DNA of 64,000 nt, taken from positions 7,385,794 through 7,449,793 of the forward strand of contig CAJINV010000001.1 in NCBI GenBank assembly GCA_905178155.1, given 5' to 3'. The notes beneath the pieces are model-generated. The model was not told where the DNA came from and did no database searches. It saw nothing but the letters and a program-made list of their open reading frames with translations. The DNA is from Amoebophrya sp. A120 (Eukaryota; Protista; Dinoflagellata). Numbering within the stretch: position 1 is the stretch's first letter; each line of letters opens with the position of its first letter. Shown here one piece after another: positions 24,282-35,150 of the stretch. Made by a program: the position numbers and the translations under genes.

Positions 24282-26573
24282 CTAATGTTCCTCTCCTATC
24301 GGTTCTAGCAAGTTGAGAACCACGCCGGGCCGAAAAACGCTGCGAAAAGCCTTGCTTTTACTAGCAAGCCCGCTGCGCAAGTGCCCAGTAGTGGAAGAAG
24401 ATGAGCCTTTATGCTGCATCAGCAAGGGGGCCCCAGAGATTCGCTTCTCCAAAATCGCCTTCTCCACAAACATCTTCCCCGGATTGATGTGCAAGCCGGA
24501 AAAGTGCAACCGCCCCCCGCTGGTGCTTGCTCCCCTAGAAGCCGTACTACAGGTCATTGACGTTGCTGCACCGGTTAGCACAGCACTTCTATCGCGGTCC
24601 GGCAGCGCGGTCGGCTCGGTGGTAGGTGCGGTGCTAGATATTACACCGCTTGTTGCACCAGCTGGGACAAACACCTCGTCTGTCGACGCATCGCTGCTCT
24701 GCGCCCGGTTGAACGAACGCGACGTTGGAGGCACCGAACGCGATTCCGCCGCGCGTTTGCGGGCCCGCGAAGGGTGGCCCTCGTCCGCACTCTCGCTGTC
24801 CGCCGCCTCCGGTGGGACCACGACCTTCTCCAGACTCCACCCCCTCCGCCACGCGCTGCCGGTGCGGAATTTCGCCTGACCCGTGGTGCACCACTTTGCG
24901 TCGGCAGGTGCACCAGAAGTCGGGGCACCGCTGCCGACTACCCTCGAACCCGAGGAGGAAGAGGAGGAGGTTGTGGGCTGCACCGAAGAAAGTAAACGAG
25001 CGAGATGCTCCTGGTTCGCCGCGAGGCTCTCTTCCACGGTTCGCAGCAGCTCCTCCGACTGCTTCCCATGTTGCTGCCGGAGCGTGATGTGCTGCTGCAG
25101 CATGTGGTGAATGCTATTCAGCAGCTCTTGCATGCGTTCCGGCTGGTACTTCGATCCTCGCGAGGAAGCATTGCTCGAAGCGCTACCCGCCGAATTCGCA
25201 GTGCCCGAAGCGGAGGTTGACGAAGACACGGTTGTTGACGTTGACACGCCGGGCGTGCCGGCACTGAAGAAGGGCTTGCTGCTATGGCAAGTTGTTGCGG
25301 ATTGTCCAGCTCCTGCTCCACCCGTACAACTCGATAATGCTCCTGCGATGTTGCTGGTTGCGCAACTACCTGTCGTGCTGGAAGTAGTTCCTAGCTTACT
25401 CGTCGTGACTACTCCTGCACTAGTGGTGGATAAATGGCCAACGCCGCTTATACTAGCGGGCCTGCTGCCCCCGTCGCCAGTGCTGGGTGCGCGTTCGACG
25501 GCAGTAGCAAACAGCTTCGACGCAACGCCCGCCGTTGGCTCCGTCGTGCCCCCGGCAGAGCCCGCCCCCTCCTGCGGCAACGAATCAGCCCCCGGGCAAG
25601 GAAGCGTTTGGGAACGCATGGAAATTCTGCTGAGGCCCGGGCCGGCCGACGAAGCAGTCGCAGAAGAGGATCCTGCTTGTGCAGCTAAAGCGGTCGAGGA
25701 TCCTGCCGCCGTCGGCTTCGCACTGAAGTTCAGCGACAAGCTCGGCATCATTTTCTGAAACGTCGGCGTTGGCTGCTGCACTATTTTGTTCGCAGCTGCA
25801 AGAGCGTTCGCCCCCGAAACAGTTGCCGAAGACGTGCAACTCGCTGGGCCGCCAATTGCTGCACCCGTCGTTGTGGTAGAAGGTGACGATATGCTCAGCC
25901 GCGAAGGCTTCGCCCGCACCGACGTGGTGGTTTGCTGGAGTGGTGGGCTCGCGGGTGGCGATTTGCTACGGCTCGCCGTACAATTCCCGACGACCAGCTT
26001 GCTGCACGGGACAGGTTCTGGTCCCTTTGGTGCTGCGCCGGCAATTTTTGTTGAACTCGCTTCCGCGGAAGTTCGCGGCGACAGACTGGCACGCTCTAGA
26101 AGTGTCGTGATCGGTAGTTGCTCGCCCAGCGTTTGCGTTGGCAATCCCAGGTTATTCGGCGCCCGCGGAGCGGCTTGAGGCTTAGCACCCTGGGCCGGTA
26201 CCGTTCCCGCTATTTTGCAACTACTGGAGGACGAAGATGCTGCGACAGTGCTACCGGTGATTGCGGCCTTTGCGTGACTCGCTAGAACACTCGTCTGGAG
26301 TACCGGCGACCGCGGTTTTGGAGGTTCTGGCACGCGGGGGAGCGTGGGAGATGCGAGGGAGGCCATTGAGGGCATGGCCATCATTGGAAATGTCGGCTCC
26401 CACGTAGGCGGGCCTGTTGTGTGACAGCAAAAATTTGACTCGAGTATGGACTGCGACTGGCTCGTCTGGCACGACGTCACATTACATTTACAACCCACGG
26501 TCATGTTACTCTTCTTACTTGAACGATATGAAGTGGATGAATGAGGCATACGTACAGCTGCAATTCTTTGCAA
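24282..26573 (-). CDS. Ser/Thr/Ala-rich low-complexity protein with a short coiled coil
   Basis: Uninterrupted 763-aa ORF. True start uncertain. Confidence 0.6.
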   Translation of the reverse strand: MQRIAAVRMPHSSTSYRSSKKSNMTVGCKCNVTSCQTSQSQSILESNFCCHTTGPPTWEPTFPMMAMPSMASLASPTLPRVPEPPKPRSPVLQTSVLASHAKAAITGSTVAASSSSSSCKIAGTVPAQGAKPQAAPRAPNNLGLPTQTLGEQLPITTLLERASLSPRTSAEASSTKIAGAAPKGPEPVPCSKLVVGNCTASRSKSPPASPPLQQTTTSVRAKPSRLSISSPSTTTTGAAIGGPASCTSSATVSGANALAAANKIVQQPTPTFQKMMPSLSLNFSAKPTAAGSSTALAAQAGSSSATASSAGPGLSRISMRSQTLPCPGADSLPQEGAGSAGGTTEPTAGVASKLFATAVERAPSTGDGGSRPASISGVGHLSTTSAGVVTTSKLGTTSSTTGSCATSNIAGALSSCTGGAGAGQSATTCHSSKPFFSAGTPGVSTSTTVSSSTSASGTANSAGSASSNASSRGSKYQPERMQELLNSIHHMLQQHITLRQQHGKQSEELLRTVEESLAANQEHLARLLSSVQPTTSSSSSSGSRVVGSGAPTSGAPADAKWCTTGQAKFRTGSAWRRGWSLEKVVVPPEAADSESADEGHPSRARKRAAESRSVPPTSRSFNRAQSSDASTDEVFVPAGATSGVISSTAPTTEPTALPDRDRSAVLTGAATSMTCSTASRGASTSGGRLHFSGLHINPGKMFVEKAILEKRISGAPLLMQHKGSSSSTTGHLRSGLASKSKAFRSVFRPGVVLNLLEPIGEEH

Positions 26574-27008
26574 AAAGTACGCAATTGCGGTTGCTGCCTA
26601 CTGTAGCTATGGGAGCGAGTGTCCAAGGCCAACGCTGGAAACGGCGGAAGTGCGAAATTCTTCGTCTGGAGTGGCTGAAACGCACTGCTGGCGCCGGAAT
26701 GCTGCGGAAAATAGTTGCCAGCAACGTGTTGTGTTGCCACTTCTGGGGGCTCAACTGCAGTCACCTGTTCCGTCAAGTGAAATTGATGCGAGCCCGCGGA
26801 GCACGTGGAAACGGCTGGGGAAAGCAGCCCGGATCGCGACCTGGCATTTTTGTTCGCGAATAAGTAACTAGCTTATACGCAAAAGGAACAAAATGAAGTC
26901 TGGAATTGGATAAGGAAAAGAACAAGCGTCACTTCTATATTGCCGAACTTCATTCATGAGCAGAGTTTGGAGCTAAACCTAGCAACATCGTAGAGAACTC
27001 TGCTGTTT

Positions 27009-30000
27009 TTACCGGCACGAGAGCAGCATGCCATCCACTTCCATTCGGTTCCGGGCCATGTAGGGATCCTCCAGGCGCAGCCGTATCTCCTCAAGCACGT
27101 TTTCGAAAGAATCATTTTCCACCACTTCGCCAGAGTCGCCCGCCTGCCTCTTCAGTGCTTCGTACAATTCGTTCCGCCCATACCTGTTTTCGTTTTGGAT
27201 AAAAATGCGGCGCACAAGTGACAAAATGATGCTCGCGCGAGACAAAGATAAAAGATGGCTGTATCTTCAAAGACTCCAACAGCTCCAGAAAAATCTCCTT
27301 ACACGTGCTGCCTGTGCACCGGCCCGCGGTTGCTAGAGTAACCCTTCATGAAGGCGGAGAGACACTGCACGAAATCGGCATTCAGGAGCGCGACGAACTG
27401 CTGCGAGTTGCGATCCGCGCACTGGGCCACGGCAACAAGTTCGCTGTCGCTGTCATGTTCGCCTTTGCGCGGGTTCTTTCTTTCCCCAAAAACGTCGAAC
27501 CAATCCCACGCGACCCGCTTCTGCGGCCTTCGAATCTGCGCGGCCTTATCAGCGGACTTCGAAGATGCTGGCCCGGCGGAACAGCTGGGCGTGCGCTTTT
27601 GCTTCGCTACCAGATAGGAAATACCTTCGTAAAGGAAAAAACTTTCCACGTACAATGAAAACGATCTACGTCGTCGTCGAGTAAGTAGCGCGTCGACCGC
27701 ACACAAAAAGTACATACATAGTTCTTGACGATGGATGAGAGAAACCACGCAGAGTTCATCTTGTAGTACCCCCGAAATCATGACAGAAAGCAAGTACATT
27801 GTTGCGCATCCGAGAAAGCGACCACGTGTAACACCAACTGCGAAAACTTTCGCTTCGTGCCCGCAGGTACCCGCACTGTGTTGCGCCTCAGTCTTCTTCC
27901 AAATTTGAAGCGCATTTCCACGTCCACGTACTGAGCGTTGTTGAGAGTGTCATCCTGCGGCTGCGCGTCCTCAGTTTCCGGCATCGAAACGAAATCGCAC
28001 GTGCTCACAAAACACTGATCCAGACGAGCCTCAATCTCAGCCACTGGCAGTGGGTCGACCACCATCAGAAGCTGCGTCTTCACCGTCGGCAATGAACTTG
28101 TTGTGTCAACAGGACCCTCGTCGTCAGGAGAACTGCTGCGCAATTGCTTCTTCTTTGATGTTTTACTATGTTCTTCGAGAGGACCATTTCCCTTCACAAG
28201 AAGCAGTTCGCGCATCGCATCGACGAATGAGTCTTCCAATGTGAGGATCGGTTGCTCCTCCGACTCAAAAAATCCACCTTCTCCTACCGACGGCTGCGCG
28301 GAGGAAGTGCGGGAGAGATTTGCTTGCTTGTTGTTCTTCTTGTTTTTTCTTCTTCCGGCTTTTGCGCTGCTGACACTGGGTGCGAGAGCTGCACCTTTCT
28401 CCTGCGATGAGGGAAGAGGCGGGTTCAGATGCTGGCCCTCGCCGCCGGTCGTTGGGCCTCCAACGGAGGAGCAGGTCAACACTTGCTCACTGGTCACGCT
28501 TTGCGTTGTGAGCGCCTCACCGGGCGAAGAGGGCAGCACGTCCGGGCTCGCACCCGGAGAAGATTCTGGAATGGTGGTGCTATTGGACGGATTTGTGCTG
28601 TTGGACGACGGATTTGCGCTGCAGCCTTCGATTATCTCCGTGGCGAGCGCTTCGATGTTCCAGGGATTGTTTCGACTGAACTTATCGGCAATATTAGAGT
28701 TCCTGGAGGCCGACCCCCAATCCATGCCTGCCACTGGATCTGCCGATGCCACCAGTGCTCCTCCCAGAGTTCCCGCGACATCCTCTTTGCTCGTCGTTCG
28801 TGACAGCGTTATCTCGCTCGCTACGTCGCTCACCGTCCCGGCCGTTGCACCACAGTTGTTCGAATGCCGTTGCCGCCATTCCTGTGTATGGTTTTGCATG
28901 CACATCAGTCAGATCTGCATCTGCGTCAGGGTCCACCTCCTCCTCCAGCTACGAGGATGTTTGATGTAACCTCCGCAATACAAATTTCCTATTTCTTGCG
29001 TTGTTGTATCAATATCAACTTCTAGAGCTGTACCTTTTTGTAAACGACCAGCGAGCACAACGTGAGATGGCCACCGTCAAGACTAGCGGTCCGGATGTAA
29101 TCGGACACCGGGGCACACATGCTTTCGTGCACGCACGCCAAGTACGATTGCTGTACGTGAGCGGGCTGCTGCTTGTTATTTCCGCCTCTCGACAAAGCGG
29201 CTTCATTCGAAGATGTCGCACTTGTTGCACCTCCCTTCCCGCCTGAAGATACTAGCCAGGAGTTTTGGTGTCCCTTTTTTCCGAGGTTGTTACTTTTCGT
29301 CCCTTTGTTGTGCGATGAACGGCCGTGCGGCAATTGCGGTTCTTGCATAGAACTGTTGTTCCGAGTGGTCTTGCTGTTTCTGCGATTGCCCCCTCGTTGA
29401 GCGCCTTTATTTTCCTGCTGTTGTTCCACCAGGGCCTGCCTGCCGCTAGAAGAACTTCCCGCACTGTGGCAGCTCTTCTGTTTGTTCATCCACCTTAACA
29501 GGTTTTGTACCGTCCGGAACTTCTTCAAGCGCAATCCGCACCCCTGGCAGAACTGGTTCAGCAGAATGCTCAGCGGATGCTCGGGAAAAAACGCCGCTCC
29601 GTCCAGCCACACAACACCGGCGAGGTTATGCGGATTCAAAACGAAATTTGCGGAGGATGTGGTCGACAACCGTCGGTCCGCGTGCTGCATCGACATCGTC
29701 GTGCAATCGCTCCAGCCGCAGTCGGAATCCGTCAGCATGCCGTAAGAGGAACTGTAGTCGATTTGCGGAAAGTGCGGCCGCTCCCCGCTTGGTATTGTTG
29801 TCGCCGCGTATTGTGCCCGAGGACCAGCACCAGAGCGATCATTTCTGGAGTGCTGTTGTGCGAAAAAATGCTGCGACACGAGACTAGATTGATCTTTCAA
29901 TAATCTCATCCTGCGCTCGAGAAGATGCACCTTCTCCGTGTCAGATAACCGGTGGTACCAGGTGGACCACAGATTCGGCACGTCAATGTCCAGGTTCAGC

Positions 30001-31082
30001 GCCAAGCGGTCGATCATCTCTCGGTCCTGCGGAATGACGTGCTGCTGCGCGATTTCGCTGTGATAATCCACTGCTACTTTCCCGTTGTTCCGCGGCTGGT
30101 ACGATTGATCATGCCGCTCTCCTTGGTCGTGGCCAGAGGTATTCATCGTGAGAGAACTGCTACAACTCTCACCGCCCTGTACAAGGTCCTCCATCATGAA
30201 GTTAAAACCCTCCGCCTGCTCCTGTGCCGCCGCACTGATTTCGCACATTCGCGCTGGTGGTGGGGGCGGAGGCGGCGGGGCGTGTGGCGGATGGTGCTTG
30301 TTATTTCCACTTTTTCGCATACTAGCATGCTGGTGCAAAAACGCGCCTGCAGACCTGCCACCGCCGTGGTTCTGGCAGTGCTCACCAGGAGGAGTGGTCC
30401 CAAAGTGATTGCTCGAGAAGTTTTGTTTACCTTGCTCTCCTATCGAAGCACTTGAAGAACCGACAGCACTGGTATTGGCTGGTGCTGTGTAATTTTTACC
30501 CCAGGAACCTCCGTAGAAGTTGCGGTTGTAGTAGAAGCTAGCTGTCTTGTAATAATCGCCGTATTGCTGTTCCTGATAAAAATTCCTTTGGTTTTTGTAG
30601 CCCGAGTCACAATTATTTTTGTGGTTGTTTTTCTGCTCCAGCTGCTGAGCACGCGCGGTCGATTTATTGCGATTTAATGATGTGGTCGTGTTGGCTTTGG
30701 TATTTGCATCGTCCCTCTTCTCCCAGGCAGAGGCACCCCCCGTACTCGACGAAGAAGGGACGCAGCGGTACCGCTCTTGCTCCTCCGTGTGCGGACCTAC
30801 GCTGCTTCCTGTGTCGTGCTCCGTCGCAGGGCCCGGGGGAGGTATCGGAGGCGGAGGCGGTGGCACGACCGCTTCTTGTGTCGACGAAGCCGTCGGGTTG
30901 GAGGATCCGGCAGAGGTGCTGCAAACAGTATTCTGCAGATCAACGCCGGTGCTGCTCACCGTCTGGATTACCACATCAATCTTGTCTATTTGTGTAGATG
31001 CCGCTTTCTGCAGAGTTTCATCACTTCGGTCGCCCTCCTCAGCCACGTCGACCACGTCGGCCCACCGCGCTTCTTTCAGCAT
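27009..31082 (-). CDS. Large multi-exon, mostly disordered hypothetical protein
   Basis: Co-oriented ORFs 29022-31082 (686 aa), 27778-28905, 27299-27799 and 27009-27245. Junctions not fully resolved. Confidence 0.55.
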
Positions 31083-31858
31083 AGCTGCGCTCGTGCGGAA
31101 GCGGGAACCAAAAGAACGGCCACAGAAATTACATACTGGAGTTGATCTGTATTTTGTCTCCGAGGTGGCGACAAGAGCTAGTACTTTGACGAGTCAAGAA
31201 GACGCCTAGAGAGAATCACAAAGGTCCGAATTCCGTTGCAGATCGCAACTACGAGTATCGAAAACAAGAAGCGCAACCTTGTCGCAACTGATATTCTACA
31301 AGTATGCGCACAAGATCACCAAGCAACAGATTCTTCACACGTGCGCTTACGGTTTCCACTCGACAAACTAGAAGCATTCCAGTTGGTTCTAGACGACACA
31401 AACCCAAAATCAAATTAAAATTTGCATTCGCTACTCCACCAAAGTGTGTGAAGAAATAATGCACATGCTGGGTCACTTCTTCTTCTTCTCCGACAGCATG
31501 CTTTTTATCAGAGTATGACTGATGTCGTTCCTGATGTGCAGTCTGGGAACAAGGGCTTCGCGTCGTGCTATCAACATATTTGGTTAAGTTGTCTGACCGC
31601 AAGCCACGAGGATGCAGCAAGAACACAGAAGGTGGAAACGAGTACTTGGCACAGTTATCCATCGGCGGACAACAGGTTAGTAGTTCGGCACAATACAACT
31701 CTCGTTGCCTCTTAATCTTCTGCTCCCTCCGACAAGTATTTTTACAAAATTGCTGTAGCAACGTCTGAGAAACGAAAATGGAGTCTTGCCGACGAGGCGC
31801 TTGTGTTTCTATTTATAGACATAGTTTGCCTTTTTTTACTTTTCTTCCAACCTCTCTT

Positions 31859-32230
31859 TCAGCGCATGGTGTGCCGGTACTTAATGAGGTCCTCCGAATA
31901 GTCCTTGAAGTCGTCGCGTTTGAAGTAGTACCTGTTGACCACCAAGGGATTTTTTGCTTCAGCGTCCTTGCATCTTCTCAACTTTGTATTCATCTAGAAA
32001 GATTGGATCCTCGGTGATATTAGCAAAACAGACACTCGACACTGAACTAAAAACACGGGAAAATCACAAGACTTCACTTACGTCCTGTCGATGGCATCGG
32101 CGTCGTTGATGGGTTGGAACTGCCGGGCTGTGGACGGTTCCTCTTCGCGCATTTTTGGCGTTTGGAACAGGTTGGCGACGTTGTCTCGTCGCATCCTTGT
32201 CTTCACCCAATTCTGCAGTCGAGCCTGCAT
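31859..32230 (-). CDS. Possible small two-exon protein
   Basis: MQARLQNWVKTRMRRDNVANLFQ... ends at a GTAAGT donor; a downstream exon reads ...NRYYFKRDDFKDYSEDLIKYRHTMR*. Phase across the junction not reconciled. Confidence 0.3.
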
Positions 32231-32471
32231 TGTTGCGAAGTTTTCATTTTGTTTTATTGTCTGAGCTTCTCTTTCTATGAATGTCGCGCCCGGAGGGCGA
32301 TATTGGTAACCAAATGCGTGCGCGAAAATCTAACCAGCGCGAAAGCCTAACCAGCCGCGCGGCGAAAGCGCGGTTGCCACCACCATTTCTTTTTAATTAG
32401 AGTCCCACTTTTTTTAATTAGAATCCCACTGCTATCCCGGGTCATCGGAGGCTTCCGGATTCGCATTCAAA

Positions 32472-32583
32472 GCTTATCGCAGGAGCCTGCGGGCCGCCGC
32501 GGGCTCCACCACTTCCCCGCGGCCCTAAAGGGCCGCGGACAACTACTGTCGCCCGCGGCGGCCCGCAGGCTCCTGCGATAAGC
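32472..32583. repeat. Perfect 33-bp inverted repeat enclosing a 10-bp-stem hairpin
   Basis: GCTTATCGCAGGAGCCTGCGGGCCGCCGCGGGC at 32472-32504, its reverse complement at 32551-32583, and inner CCGCGGCCCT-AA-AGGGCCGCGG. Confidence 0.85.
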
Positions 32584-33481
32584 NNNNNNNNNNNNNNNNN
32601 NNNNNNNNNNNNNNNNNNNNNNNNNNNNNNNNNNNNNNNNNNNNNNNNNNNNNNNNNNNNNNNNNNNNNNNNNNNNNNNNNNNNNNNNNNNNNNNNNNNN
32701 NNNNNNNNNNNNNNNNNNNNNNNNNNNNNNNNNNNNNNNNNNNNNNNNNNNNNNNNNNNNNNNNNNNNNNNNNNNNNNNNNNNNNNNNNNNNNNNNNNNN
32801 NNNNNNNNNNNNNNNNNNNNNNNNNNNNNNNNNNNNNNNNNNNNNNNNNNNNNNNNNNNNNNNNNNNNNNNNNNNNNNNNNNNNNNNNNNNNNNNNNNNN
32901 NNNNNNNNNNNNNNNNNNNNNNNNNNNNNNNNNNNNNNNNNNNNNNNNNNNNNNNNNNNNNNNNNNNNNNNNNNNNNNNNNNNNNNNNNNNNNNNNNNNN
33001 NNNNNNNNNNNNNNNNNNNNNNNNNNNNNNNNNNNNNNNNNNNNNNNNNNNNNNNNNNNNNNNNNNNNNNNNNNNNNNNNNNNNNNNNNNNNNNNNNNNN
33101 NNNNNNNNNNNNNNNNNNNNNNNNNNNNNNNNNNNNNNNNNNNNNNNNNNNNNNNNNNNNNNNNNNNNNNNNNNNNNNNNNNNNNNNNNNNNNNNNNNNN
33201 NNNNNNNNNNNNNNNNNNNNNNNNNNNNNNNNNNNNNNNNNNNNNNNNNNNNNNNNNNNNNNNNNNNNNNNNNNNNNNNNNNNNNNNNNNNNNNNNNNNN
33301 NNNNNNNNNNNNNNNNNNNNNNNNNNNNNNNNNNNNNNNNNNNNNNNNNNNNNNNNNNNNNNNNNNNNNNNNNNNNNNNNNNNNNNNNNNNNNNNNNNNN
33401 NNNNNNNNNNNNNNNNNNNNNNNNNNNNNNNNNNNNNNNNNNNNNNNNNNNNNNNNNNNNNNNNNNNNNNNNNNNNNNNNN
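32584..33481. other. Assembly gap (N run)
   Basis: Run of n characters. Confidence 1.
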
Positions 33482-35150
33482 CTTCATTTCTGGCCATTTC
33501 CCTGACCTTCACGCCTCCCGGCGGTTGCCCTATATGGTAACGGCAACTGCCTTCGCGCTGCGTTTGCTAAGCAATATCGCAAGCGCGCAGAGCGCGCGCG
33601 CCGGCTTCGTGGGCCGGCGCGCGCTCTGCGCGCGCGCGCGCACGCATTTGGTTACCAGATCACTCCAACTTTGGCATACTATGTTAAGCAAGAAGAAGAA
33701 CAATCTAGCGATTTACTCAAAGACGAAGATATCGTACGTCGAGGTCGGCTGCTTCCTTGGCGTCGTCCTTTGGCAAAAATCTTCGCACCTCGGGATCGTT
33801 CACTATACTAGTGGACGATGTTGCGGCTTTTTTCTTTCTCAGCTCGACGATTCTGTAGAAAATTTTTGCGTGGAAATAAACATAAAGTGTGTACGGTTTT
33901 ATTAGAATTATTGCAGCACGACGAAATGGGTGAGCACGCACGCAATGCCACTGAAAGTGTCCTTGTCTAAATTTTGCACGACTGAAAAACAAATGCAAGA
34001 ATACTTGTCGACTTCCTTGTTCTGATTCGCACTGACCGTTGAGAAGCCATCATCGTTCGCCTTGTAAAAATCCAAGCTAAACTGCTTGCTGTTCTCGAAC
34101 TTCTCGGTCATTGTAGAAGAGAGTAGCAACCCAAGGCGCGGTCGTTATTCACAACGTGCAGTGAGTAAGAGGCCGAGCCAGAGCAACTTACTGGAACCTC
34201 CAGAGCCACTTACTGGAACCTGCAGATATTACTTTGGCCTTTCGATGATCCACGGTTGCCGTCCGGCTCCGAAGGTGGAAGGAAGTTGCAGGGACTCGGA
34301 AGTAGACCGGGCTGCGCTTTCAAGAAACTAGCAGAGATGTGCCAGTGTCACACTTGAGTTGCAAGAACTTCTAAGTTTAACAAAACGAAATTTTTGCAAT
34401 GTAGTATTTTACAGGAGGAGTACACAAAAGATATCACGTTAGTGCTGTATGTTGCACCGTCAACAGTTCAGGTCCTGGGCTCGAATTTGAAATTCGATCG
34501 ATGTTCAACTAATGGTGTACAAAAGAAACTGCAGCGTCAAATAACCTGTCCTAGAATATTACCGCAAAAACGCATCTAAGATGGGACAGTCGTACTCGTA
34601 GTTCTTCACTGGGCTCGCAATATTGGAGTTCCGAATTTTAGACATGTTACGACTAGTGGACGTACGAAACGACAGCGCCCGTCTCTAAAAAAGTCACCTC
34701 GACGCGGTATCACTCACGATGCAGTCACAGCTTCAGTTTCTATTCCGAGCGAACGAATCTTTCTCGACGACGTATTACGTGGCGCAGAACCAAAATTCCA
34801 AAACATCTACGAAAAAAAGGGAAACGCACGAGCCCGGTTGCGACGAACTGGCAAAAGTTTGCAAAAGTGATTGCACCTAGCACGCGAGGACGGACGCCTG
34901 GAAAAGTTCTTGCACACATCAGTCGGACAGAAGACGGAAACGCGATGCATTTAAGTATGTCAATTTTCCAGTAAGCACGGTTGGACTGTTGACGCAGATT
35001 AGAACACATTTTTCTGTTAATCCGCAACCTGGGCGGTGCTTTCCAGCTGCTCAAAATAATCACCTCGCGAAACTGTCACAAGCAATCTCGGCGCACTATC
35101 GCGCTGTTTTTTAATGTTCACCACGACTGTCTAGCCCGTAAAAAAAATGC

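Larger units (their letters stand above)
32304..33657. mobile_element. TIR element with perfect 21-bp inverted ends spanning the assembly gap
   Basis: TGGTAACCAAATGCGTGCGCG at 32304-32324 and its reverse complement at 33637-33657. GC-rich interior. Confidence 0.7.

Noticed and set aside
32442-33512. ORFs of 356 and 314 aa
   Set aside because: Artefacts of translating through the N gap.
33717-34129. Possible small minus-strand gene right of the gap
   Set aside because: Short ORFs without motifs and no consistent exon joining.
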